Assembly: GCF_009914755.1 (NCBI RefSeq)
Contig: NC_060936.1
DNA length: 64,000 nt
DNA from: the human T2T-CHM13v2.0 reference genome, Homo sapiens
Reading direction: 5' to 3' (one strand)
Position numbers and translations under genes: made by a program. The notes beneath the pieces were generated by a model. That model ran no database searches. It was not told the origin of the DNA and was given only the letters and a program-made list of their open reading frames with translations. Of the stretch, positions 1 through 11,304 are shown in pieces (position 1 is the stretch's first letter; each line of letters begins with the position of its first letter).

Positions 1-424
1 CCGCCATGACCAGCTGGAAAGTGGGTTCTTTTGTCCGTGTTTTTCATAAATCTAAGTACGTTCAGAATGACCTTGAGAAGCAACAGCTTCTGTGGCACCC
101 TCTAATGGAGGTGGGACCACTGGAACAGATGTGTCTCAGGTTCTTGGCCTTGCACTGGGGCCAGTCTCTGGGTGGCTGCCAGGTCTCTGCAGGTATTTCA
201 AGGCTTTAGGGTCATACCAGACACCAGACAGAAGCGCAGTGGGAACGGTGGTGGCTGCTTCTGAGCAGCTGCCCAGATGCCTCCACTTTGAAGTTCTCAA
301 ACATGCTGAGCCCAGAGCCAGAAAGCACTGAAGTTGGTGTTCTTGTCTTTAATCAGAAGTGTTTCAAGTGTCCGATTTAAGAGTTAAGAAAAACCCAGCA
401 CTAAACTTGTAGTCTTGGAATATA

Positions 425-665
425 CTTTTACTTTGGAATAATTGTAAGTGTACAGAAAAGTTACCAAGTAGAGAGAGTCCTGTATATCCTTCACCCAGCT
501 TCCCCTAATGTCAACGTTTTACATTACCATGATACATTTGTCAAAATTAAAGTGAATATTGGTATATTGCTACTGACTCCAGACTTCATTTGGATTTCAG
601 CAATGATTAACTATTGACTTTTTGTTCCAGGATTCAACCCAAGGTACCACAGTGCATTTAGAAGA
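425..665 (-). mobile_element. Old L1M (L1MC/MD-like) 3' UTR fragment
   Basis: Motif 'cctgtatatccttcacccagcttcccctaatg...catttgtcaaaattaa' is typical of the antisense 3' end of old L1M elements; boundaries approximate. Confidence 0.55.
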
Positions 666-804
666 GTATTAATTTTTAACATAAGACAGGGAATATACTT
701 CCTAAAGCCAAGTCACACACACAAAAAAGGTCCTCTTTAACTCCTGGCTTCCTGCCCCAGTGCCATTAAGTTCCATCTCTAGTCTTCTCAACTACAGATT
801 ATAG

Positions 805-985
805 TCTTCTGTCCAATATGGTACCCATTACCCAATGGGGGCAATTTCAAATTAAATCAAAATTAACATTCTGTTTTTTTGGTCATACTGGCTATACTAA
901 GTGCTCAATAGTACACATTGTTAGTGGCTATGGCACTGAGCAGGACAGATATAGAACACTTCCATACATACACAAGCTGCACTGT
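805..985. mobile_element. hAT-Charlie MITE (MER3/MER33-like)
   Basis: 'ctgtccaatatggta...gtgctcaatagtacacattgttagtggctat...gatatagaaca' resembles MER3/MER33. Confidence 0.45.
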
Positions 986-1624
986 TCTAGACTTTCTCAT
1001 GTGTCTTCCTACAAGTGGATACTTAAATACATACTTTTTTTAAACTTGGTTTTTTAATGCAGTACAGACTGCTGCACATAAAATGGGAATTTAACCTAAT
1101 GTGTTTGAGATCATCCCACACTGGTTTATACTGATCTTCCTCATTCATTTCAGCTGCTGCAGAGTGTGGGTTTCTCATTATGTAAGTCAGGCACTTTTGA
1201 TGAGCACTTAGGTTATTTCCAGTTTCTTCCTAATGAAGGCTACAAGGAACATCCTTGTTCATTCTGGGAGCCCTACATTGATTTGATTCAGGGTAGAGGG
1301 GCTTAGGTCAGGAATAAAAATATTGCCTCTAAAAGCTCTTTCTGTGTCACAAGAACTGTGTTCAGACTGATGGCCAGAGTGGAGAGAAATCAGCAAAGCT
1401 GCCACATGGGCAGGAGGCCAGGAGCCATCCAGACATGTTTTGGGCCACTTTGGAGAGAAGTGGTCTAGAGATGCCATTTGGGCACCCACAGAACAACATG
1501 ATAATCGGACTGGAAAGTTGCATCTAACCAGTCCAAGGGGCCAAACTGTACAGTTTGATTGGCAAATACTAACTGCATAATAAAAATATCAGTAGCTGGA
1601 TCTAAAGCAGTTATGTGGCAGCTT

Positions 1625-1805
1625 TGTACAAGCCCTAGGTAATACCATAATCCTTAACTCTACTGGGTTGAGTTATATTATCACCATTTTACAGATGGGG
1701 AGACTGGTGAAAGGTTAGGGACTTTCTTCATTCTGTTCCCTCAAAATATTCTAGATGTAAGTGGCAGAGCTGGGCATGAACTTGACAGAGCCCATGATTC
1801 TAACA
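1625..1805 (-). mobile_element. MIR SINE fragment
   Basis: Core 'tatcaccattttacagatggggagactg...aggttaggga...taagtggcagagctggg'. Confidence 0.6.
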
Positions 1806-2853
1806 TGTCACTAGTCACATTCTTGTGCATGGGACAGCATGTCAAGATGGTGCAGAGAATTTCCACATACCCTTCACCCAGCCTCCCCTGGTGTCCCATG
1901 GTAATGTAAGATGTGGATGTTTGTCAAAAGAAGTTAACTTTGTGCATTACTATAAACTATACGCTGGACTTTGGATTTCAATTTTTCCACCCATGTCCTG
2001 TTCTCCTCACTGCCCACGACAGAAGGAAGACTCATTTCTGCAGCTATTGCCTCCTTTTTGTTGGGGATGGGGCAGGTCCTGAGGGTGCTGTGTTCTCCAA
2101 CCCAGGCCTGTCTAAAATCAGACCGTGCACCATCCTTGCTGAGTGATCTCAGGCAGGTTGTACTTGAAGATTTATGTTCTCGTTTGCAATGTGATTAAGT
2201 GCTCAGAGCTATAGAAACCAGGCAAGTCTTGGTAGAGTGAGATTTGAACTGGGCCTTAAGGAATGGGTACAATTTGGGGGTGGGTTGGAATAGAAGTCAC
2301 CACTGGCTCTGAACACAGACGTCATCTTATGTGCCAATGTTTCAGCCCTCCCTCCGAGGCAGCAGTTTCAGGCACAGAGAAACCTAGTATTTAATCACTG
2401 ACAAATCGCAGGCTCAGACGCTTTGGATACCCCAAATCTTGAGTATTTCTGACCCAATTCAGCCAACGATTCAGCCATGTGACTTTAGTGTGGGGTCTAC
2501 AACCCCTGCTGAGGCAGATTTACTGTTGGTTGTACAGCATGTGTTGGGGGGCCCCCCCTTCAAGTGCAACATACTGTGACTCAACCTAGACAGATCTTCT
2601 GACAGCCATAGGCCATGGGCCCATCTGTAAGACTTCTATCCCAAGCATCCTCAGTGTTTTTTCATAGTGGGAGAGCACTGTGCTGTGGCTTCAATTCTAC
2701 CCCTTGTTTATTACAGAGGGCCTCCAACAATGGGCTCTTGAAGAAACATCACTTCCATCACTTCCCCTGGAACATTAAGTATCTAGGGACCTAGGCTCCA
2801 CTTCCAAAGTCACAGTCCCTGGGGATAGGGCACAGGCTTCAAATATATAATAC

Positions 2854-2855
<2 letters not shown>

Positions 2856-2889
<34 letters not shown>

Positions 2890-2972
2890 TATATATACAT
2901 ATATACACACTATATATACACACATATGATATATATGTGTGTATATATGTGTGTATATATAGTGTGTATATA

Positions 2973-3022
<50 letters not shown>
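2856..3022. repeat. Compound (TA)n/(CA)n/(TG)n microsatellite forming an imperfect inverted repeat
   Basis: Left arm (TA)n(CA)n..atatatacacactatatatacacacatat; right arm atatgtgtgtatatatagtgtgtatatat..(TG)n(TA)n is its reverse complement. Confidence 0.9.
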
Positions 3023-3748
3023 ATTGAGTGATTGGATCAAAGCCAGATTAAAGAGTTACAATCCTGAATGTTTTCCAAGATTGTTTTACAGCCATCACTT
3101 CAAGGAGTCGTTTGTGAAGAAGGTACCACTTATGATACCTTGGGTGTGATGTGCAAAATCCGGCCTCTGCTCACGTTGTCATTCTTGTACCATCCAAATC
3201 AAGTCCCTCAACTTTTCTCCCACTGAGTGAGTCCATAAGGGAGTCAATGCAAGCCACTTCTCTTAACTGTATTGGTGGAAAACTGCATTCCAGTTATTGG
3301 ATAAATAGTGAGGATTAAGCAATAGTTTGTAATAAATATAATATCTGAGAGATTATACTTTGCCAGAGCTCCCCAACCAAATTAAGCTTCTTTCAAGTGT
3401 GTGGTATAAGTAGAGAAATGTATGCAACCACTTTGTCTTGTGTTCAGAATGTACTTGTACCCTGAACAAAAACTTCACCAGGGCTCCATGCACATGTTCC
3501 CAGCAAAGACCCTTTGCGTAGTAATAGCTCCATTGAGAAACTTTAAGTACATTTTCTGAATTTTACTGGTTTATAAAAGTTATATTTGGTTATTAAGTCA
3601 GGGTACCTAATAATCTTCATCTCACATTAAAGGGGCCCACCTCCAAAGCAATACAACTTAAATAGTCAAGTCTCCTATTCATCCTTACTCCCTGAATTCT
3701 GCTACCCAGAATTCACTATTGCTGTTTTACATTTGTATCTTTGTAGAC

Positions 3749-3952
3749 TAGTGGTTCTTAACTGGGAGTGATTTTTGTCCCAGGGATGGCTAACAACGCT
3801 TAGAGACATTTTTGGTTATCATACCCGGATGGTCCGACTGGTATGAGTGGATAGAAACCAGGGATCCTGCTAAACATCCTGTAATACATAGGACAGTCCC
3901 CAAAGAATTATCCAGACATAAATATCATTAGTGGTGAGGCTGAGAAACCCTG
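3749..3952. mobile_element. MER20-like hAT-Charlie MITE
   Basis: Ends 'tagtggttcttaac' and 'gctgagaaaccctg'; internal 'gacatttttggtt' and 'ctgctaaacatcct'. Confidence 0.7.
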
Positions 3953-6794
3953 TTCTACATATAGTCTGTGCATGTACAGATATAGTTTGTGCAAATGTCT
4001 CCAATTGCGCAAATCTATACAATTGCATGCGTATTGTAGTAGCTGTTCTGAATCTTGTTGTTTTGTACTTAGTATTGTGTACTTAGCATTGTACTTAGAC
4101 ATCTGTATTGTTCTGTTGTATGCATGTACCATAGAGCATTTAGGGAAAAATGGGAAACCTAATACTGGTTACTAAAATGCCTCAGTAGCTACATCTTTGC
4201 GCATTTACCCCATGACCTGAAGTCTTGCGCTATTGCAGATGTGTTTTCTGTATCTAAGTGAAATGACTCCTAGGCACCAATAACAGACTGTCAGCTTGGG
4301 TTTGCATAACTGCACTCTCCTGGTTGTGTTAGTGCCTGCATGTGTACACACAATCCTGTGAATCATTTAGCCACTGGGGCCTTGGAGGGATCCTCTCTTA
4401 AAACCAGACCCACGCTGAGAGCTCAGGCTCTTGTAGACAGTTGCTCTCCGGGTCGTAAGCCTGGAAGCACACCCGTCATGGCTTTGAAATCCACCTCAGA
4501 TGCCAGCTGAAAACAGAGGCTTTGCATAATCAAATTGACGGATGAAGCTGGGCTTGCCCTGCTAGGGACAGACTCATTCATATCCTGGTTTAAAAGAAAT
4601 ATTGCATTTTTAAAGAGGAAAGAAACATATTTAAGAGATAAAGGGAGGGGGAAAAAAAAGAAAAGTTTTCTGGTCATTAGTTATAATAAAACACAGGGGG
4701 AAAAATTCACTTTAAAGGCATGCTAAAGCCCTGTAATCTTCAAAGAAACAGGCGGCTCAGCTGCCTGGGAGGAGAAACTTCACCAGAAGACCACCATTTC
4801 CCGTTGATTGCAAACAGCCAAGGTGAAGGGCTGCAGCTGTGGGTGGAACATGCCAGGTTAGGAACGAGTTATTTTCCTACCTAGCTAAGATCAGCTTACT
4901 CTTTAGGTACTGCTTAAACTAGGTACAGGGGGAAAGGTGCTGTTTTCCAAGCCTACCTGAAGACCCTAATGCCAAAATGTCCACCCTTGCTTTTTTGGGG
5001 GAGTCTCAAACTTTGCTGCCTGTTGGGACTCCGTATGATAAGGTCACCGTTCCATTTAACTCCATCAGATCATTGCCATGTGAGAATGTGAGTTCATGGT
5101 TGCCAGACTTTCTCATTGGTCACAAGCAACCCCAGTGCTGGGTTTTATGTCATATGTCCCCGATTGCACACATCAAATAGCATGCTTGCAACTGAAGTGG
5201 GCTCTGCTGCAGCCAGTTTGCCAATTATTGGAGGTATTGAAAGCCTTAGACTATCCTGAAAGGTGACAATTAACACCACTATATTGATGGTGGAACATGG
5301 CTTTGTTTATCCTACGAACTCCTGGTGTGACCACCCACAGTGTTATAACTACCTTTTTGGGGTATGGGTTTGGATTAGGGAAATACTTTGCTTTCCTAGC
5401 CCCACTAGAAAGCCAATTCCTGGACAACCTAACTCCCATTTCCAAGAACACTTCTTAGGGCATAAGACAACTTAAGTACTTTTGGGAACAAAATCTAAAG
5501 AGGGGGGCTTTGCAAGCTTTTCAATGTTAAAGACAGTATTTTCTGCTTATCCTCCCCTCGTCCCAATTAAGAAACCCTGAATCACCCTGGAGGAACGGGA
5601 GAACTCCTGCCTCTGAACCCTCCTTCCTTCACATTCATTTCGCTGCGGCTTGCTCTGCCAAGCAGGACCTACTCCCAACACATGCCTTTTAAGCTGCAGG
5701 TTGCAACCACCTGTTAGAGGCCTTAAAATTTAGTGGCTTGAGAAAGGGTTTGAGTAGTGAAAACAAATAGAAAAATCAGTTTCCTAACAAGGCAGATTAG
5801 TAAAGTGAGGTTGCCTCCAAATACTTTTGTTTCAGTTACATATACACATGTGGCCACACTGGGTTGGGGGCAGTAGTGTCCTTAAGCCAACCCCTACTGT
5901 GAAGGTCTATTTTGCACATCTCTTCCTGATTCTACATTGTGACTTAACTAGTGGTTTGAAATAGTCAGGTGTATTTGTGTTACAGAAATCAGAATACAAA
6001 GTCTTTCCCCCAAAGAGCTCGTCTCTGTGCAATTAGTGGTATACGGGTAAATGTTAATGTGTCAAACTTCAGCTCATGAGGAAATCATGTAGGTCGAGTT
6101 CCCTGGGACCTGTATGCAGGTGGCTTACTGGGGAGAACACTCATGAGCAGTACCTGTGGGGTACTGGGGAAGGGAGATTTTGTTTCCTATGGGAGAAACT
6201 GTAGTTCAGCTGCAAGGTAACTCAGCTGACCCCATGGAGAGCTTTGAAACAGAGACTGCTTTTCAGAGCTATCTCAAGTTGGAGTGAAGAGAGATGGGCT
6301 TTATACCCTTCATAGTCATGGAATGTAGGTTGCCCCCAGGAAGGGAGCATGCTAGCTAGCAGAGGCTGTCTTCAGCAGAGGGTAATTCCTGAAGAGCATC
6401 TGATGCATGAGCCACCAGCAGCCCAAACTCACAGCACCCAGGGGAATTACATCTCAGTTTTGAAAGATGAGACCTGGGTAGCACACCGTGGTGTCCCCAA
6501 TTTTAGAATCTAGCTGCAGGAAAGAGTGGAAAAAGCATGCTATCACATGTGAATGAACCTAAGGTGGCCTGCTAGATAATAGACCACACAGCCCAGCTGT
6601 CCTAGCCAAGACCATCTCAGATCTGTTTATAGCCAGCTGATTCCCAAGGATGTGACAAAGCCCAGCTAGGGTCAGCAGAGCTCTCTCTCCAGCTGACCAG
6701 AGGAGCACTAAATGAGCCCAGCTGAGACCAGAAGAGCCACCATGCTGACTCGGACTCAGTACCAATAATACATGCTCATCCTTTTAAGCCACTG

Positions 6795-6924
6795 TTTATT
6801 ATTATACTTTAAGTTCTGGGGTACATGTGCAGAACATGCAGGTTTGTTACAAAGGTATACACGTGCCATGGTGGTTTGTTGCACACATCAACCCATCATG
6901 TACATTGGGTATTTCTAATGCTAT
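6795..6924 (-). mobile_element. Truncated L1PA (about PA6-8) 3' end
   Basis: 'ttattatactttaagttctggggtacatgtgcagaacatgcaggtttgttac' is the antisense L1PA 3' terminus. Confidence 0.8.
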
Positions 6925-7140
6925 GGAGTTTCCTCAAAAAAAGCTAGAGCTACCATATATTCTAGCAGTCTCACTTATGGGTATATACAGGAAGTTAGGA
7001 TCTTGAGTTATCTGCATTCCCATGTTCATTAGAGCATTATTCACCATAGCCAAGATGTAGAAACAACCTAAATGTCCAATGATGAATAAACGGATAAAGG
7101 AAGTAAGGCATATACACAGATGGAACATTCAGCCTTAAAT
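6922..7140 (+). mobile_element. Older L1M ORF2-end fragment
   Basis: 'tatggagtttcctcaaaaaa..ctaccatat..cccatgttcattagagcattattcaccatagccaagat..caacctaaatgtcca'. Confidence 0.7.
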
Positions 7141-7380
7141 GAAGTTAAGCCACCAAGTTTTGGAGTAAGTTTTACGTAGTAATAGCTAGCTGATACAATG
7201 TCTGAGGCAATTTTTCTGGGTAGAGCCACACAGAAATGAAAGGATGAAAGGATGTTTTTAGTTGAACCTCTAACCTGTTTTTGAGCCCTTTAAGAATAAA
7301 CTTGATTCTGAAGGCAATAGTGAGCTATAGAAGGTTATTGAGCAAAAGTATCCCAAATACTGTCTTTCTGGAATTGGACT

Positions 7381-7776
7381 TTTAGTTTTAGATTTGGGAA
7401 TACGTGTGCAGGTTACATGGATATATTGTGTAATGGTGAGGTTTGGGCTTCTAGCAGATCCATCACCCAAATAGTGAACATTATATCCAGTAACCCTCAT
7501 CCCCTCCCACCTTCCTTAGCTTGAGTCCCCAGTGTATCATTTCCATCTTTAAGTTCATGTTTACCCATGGCTTAGCTCCCATTTATAAGTGACAGTTCGG
7601 TATTTTAGCCCATTTGAGTTGTTTCACTGAGGATAATGGCCTCCAGCTCCACCCATGTTGCTATAAAGCACGTGATTTCATTTTCATGGCCGAATAATAT
7701 CACATGGTGTACATGTACCACGTTTTCCTTATCCAATCAACTGGTGATTAACACTTATGTAGGTTCCATGACTTTG
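7381..7776 (-). mobile_element. L1PA13-16/L1PB 3' end with target-site duplication
   Basis: Antisense L1 3' UTR; flanked by ctggaattggact (7368-7380) and ctggaatcagact (7777-7789). Confidence 0.75.
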
Positions 7777-9556
7777 CTGGAATCAGACTGGTCTAAGACT
7801 TTTGGCTACTAGAAACTGATCTTCTCAAGTCAGCTCATTAGAGTTACCTTAAGCAGTGGTTTTAGGGGTGTAGATCTCAAAGTCTATGGATAGGAAAAAA
7901 GAGGTCTGGGCCTGCTAGGAGCCAGAAGGCTGTCAGTGACAGAGGCTACTTTCCATCTCTCTGTTCCCACATGATCTCTTTTCTACATCTCTGTAGCTCT
8001 GCTTAATTCTGTTTGAATGACAGAAGACGCTAGTCTTCAAGTATTTGGATACTTACTGTGTGCAAAGTCAGGACTGCTCTTCTAGTCATTTCTCTGCTTG
8101 CATTTACATCAATTCCTCATCCTTCCTTGCTCTGCATATAAAGAGCCCTGTAGGCTATGTTTCCTAGGCTCCCTTGCCAGTGGTATTTGTTTGTGAGTTC
8201 AACAAATAGAAACCCAAGAAAAGGAGAAACCGGAATATTTCTCCTCGGATGTGGTCTCATCTGGTTTTAGCTCGTCTTGCCAGCCACTTCTCCCCGGTCA
8301 TCAACTACTGCTGGGAAAGCCTGAAGTATTTCCAGCTTTAGCACAATGGCACCAACTTCCGGGCTCTGGTGGTGCTGCCTCTTCCATTTCTCCAACATTA
8401 ATGTAGTAGTGGCTTCCAGCTGTTGCTAATCTCTGGGTGATCTCACATACTGTTTGCTCTAGGGATGGCTTAAGGGCTTTGAAACTGGCTCTCCATGTTA
8501 GATTCCCTTTGAATTTCCTGGCATTTTCCCCCATGGCTGGGGTCTTCCTCATCAGCCACCATGATGGGCCATATAGGTATACACTGCACAAATCCAGGGT
8601 GCCTTTCAGAGAACCCACTTTGAGACCTGTCAAAGACGCATTGCACTGGGTAACCCATTCTGTTGTTGGGGATACAGCAGCGAACACAATGAAATCCCAG
8701 GTTTCATGGATGAGGTTGTGTTCTATCTTGGAACACAACCAAGCTGCTGGCCAGGAGACTCAGCACAGAGGGGTACTAAGGCCTGGCCATTTCTCCCCAG
8801 TGCAGGACTCTTCTCATAAGCAGTCTTTGTCAGCTCCTTGTTAACTGATGCTGTGTCAGGTCTACTCTGCAGGCTGAGGCTCTCCCTGTCCAGTTCTACT
8901 TCCATCTTTCAGACATTCGAGGTATGCTGGTAAGTATTTAACAACCAGTTCTGATTTATCGCGTTTACCAATTTCTGAGGTGTAAATACTCCCATCGTGA
9001 CCAGTTGAGCTCCCCATGTGACATCACTGAACACAGTAGAGAAGTGATACCAGCTCCAGCTTAGAGGAATTGCCCTTGATAGGCCGCTTTCCCTTTTAAC
9101 ACTTTGCATGTTTTCTGGAAGACTCAACAGATCTGATCATCCTAATTTGAGCTCTCCCTCTTCCCACATCTCATCCCCTCAGCATGTCACGTAAGCTCCA
9201 TCTCAGATCCTAGATCTGCCCACATCCTTTCCATTGTTCTAGAGAGAATGAAAGCAAGGAGGCCAGTTTACTTCATGATACTTTAAAATCTTAACACTTC
9301 TAGCTTCCCATTGGCCTAAGAATAAAAGCTAAGCTTCTAAAGAGACTTACATCAGCCAGCCTGCTTTGTCCTTTCCAAAGGTGTCTCCTACCACTTTCCC
9401 CCAGCCATATCAGCCTTCTTACAGTTTGACACCAAGCTCAGTTGCATCTAACCACTTTGCTTTTATTGTTCCCTCAACCTGGATGTTTTTCACATCTACT
9501 GTTGGCATAGCTGGCTTGGTGTTCAGAGCTTAGTCCAGTCAGCTGCGAGGCCAGAG

Positions 9557-10070
9557 TGTTTACGGGTATCAATAGGGCATTGCAATGGAAAGTGAATGCT
9601 AAATGTACCTGATAGCAGTAACTTAAGCATGCCCTGAGAAAGGCCCTGTAGGGCAGATGCATCTGAATGTGTGTTCCAAGCTAGGGAATCCAGGAGCAGC
9701 CAACTGGGAGATTTCTTCCTTGTCCATGAGGAACATCCAAGTCCCCAGCCCATCCTATGACACATAGACTATACAGGGGAGTAGAGGCCCCAAATTTTGG
9801 GTTGAATGAAGATTGCCAGGTAGGATGTTGTTGCCAAGTGCAAGTGCTGTATAAGCTGCATGCTTTTTGCAAGCGGTCATGGTTCTTCTGCCCAGCTTGC
9901 TGCCATTAGACTATATATAAGGCAGTTCTGTTCAGGCCACTGCCACTGGACTACAACTTGTATGTAAGCTCCCAACAAAACCCCAATTCTAGCCTGCTGG
10001 CTCTGGGTCTCTTTGATCTCTTGAACCTGGTATCCTCCCCATTGGAGTCAATAGGGGGTTCAGCACCACA
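9557..10070 (+). mobile_element. ERVL-class solo LTR (LTR47/MER74-like)
   Basis: TG...CA ends, TATA-like 'tatataa', and 'aatgtacctgatagcagtaacttaagcat..gaatgtgtgttcc' resembling this group; family assignment tentative. Confidence 0.55.
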
Positions 10071-10559
10071 GGACATACTGCTGTTGGATCAGGAGATTTA
10101 TGGCACTTCATGAAAGTACGAGATGTTATCTCTGTTCACTTCTGTATCCTCAGTAGTTGCAGTGCTGGCACATGGTATTTGTTGGCTGCATTGGCGAAGG
10201 CTCCTGAACTGACCCAAGCATGAGCTGGAACCAGATGCAAGCCAGCAATCTGTCTCCCACATCCACCTGGCCCACCTGGAGGTTCACCTGCAACTTCAGT
10301 GGACAGTTCTTGGCACATGACCTTTAGGCTGTTGGCCTCCCACCTTGAAAGCACCTGAGTCTGAGGGTGTTCTCTGGCCATAGGAACATCTAGAAGCACA
10401 CACAGCAATCCAGAAGTGCTTACAGGTTAATACCCAGAGGGACGAGTCCACCCCCATGAAAGATGGGGTCAGTGGTTAAATATTACCCCCACAGCTTCTG
10501 CACTCCTTGGAGAACAATCCTGAGATTTGTTCTGAGCAGGCTCTCAAGTGGTCCCCCCA

Positions 10560-11304
10560 TCTTGGTCCACTGTGGCTGCTATAACAAAATGCCATAGATT
10601 GGGTGGATTCTAAGATTTCTCATGGTACTTGGAAGTCCAAGATCAAGGGAGTGACAGATTCAGTGTCTGGTGAGGTCATGTTTCCTGGTACACAGATGGA
10701 CACTTCTTGCTGCATCTTTGTAGGGTAGAAGAGGCAAGGTAGCTCCGAGGCCTCTTTTATAAAGGCTCTAATCCCATTCATAAGGGCAGAGCCCTCATGA
10801 TCCAATCGCCTTCCGAAGGTCCCACCTACACTACCATCACATTGCTGGCGGGGCTAGGTTTTCAACTGTTAATCAGTTTAGCCTAAAGCTGCCTCAAGTT
10901 CAGCCTAAAGGTTGTTCTGTATATTGTGAACTATAACAAGTGGGAGTTGCAAACTGACCGTAGCCACACCTGTGCCAATTACCAAGTTTTGGCCAAATGT
11001 AGCCCACTGTTCAAACTGTGTTCAAATAAGGCAAATGCCAACCTTTAACCAATGCAGCTGTTTTTGAGACTCGCAGCTGTTTCTGAGACTCACTTCTGAT
11101 TTCTGTAAGTCATTTCCCTTTTTTATCTATAATTCTACCACATAGCTGCGTTGGAGTCTCTCTGAATCTACTGTAATTCTGGGGGCTGTCCGAATCGCAA
11201 ATCACTCCTTCCTCAATTAAACTCCTTTATATTTAATTCAGCTAAAGTTTTAACATAAAAATTTGGAGTGGGGTGGGGGGGATCCAAGTATTTAAACCAC
11301 AGCA
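10560..11304 (-). mobile_element. MLT1A/MST MaLR LTR interrupted by MER57
   Basis: 'ggctgctataacaaaatgccatagattgggtgg..ggaagtccaagatcaagg'; the terminal 'tttcaac|..aatttgg..accacagca' is split by the insert. Confidence 0.75.
10867..11255 (+). mobile_element. MER57-like ERV1 solo LTR
   Basis: 'tgtta..tttagcctaaagctgcctc..gttcaaataaggcaaatgcc..ctcaattaaactc..ttttaaca'. Confidence 0.75.

Larger units (their letters stand above)
6540..7197 (+). mobile_element. MLT1-type MaLR LTR interrupted by an L1 composite
   Basis: MLT1 3' motif 'ttttaagccac..agttttgg..gtaatagctagctgataca' is split, with 'ttaagccac' repeated at 6784-6792 and 7145-7153. Confidence 0.6.

Noticed and set aside
4400-4900. Possible promoter with MYB-like sites (gacagttg, cccgttg)
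   Set aside because: Short motifs expected by chance; no CpG island or other support
8301-8905. Overlapping 135-145 aa ORFs on both strands
   Set aside because: No recognisable domain, non-ATG starts, and partial overlap with old LTR-like sequence
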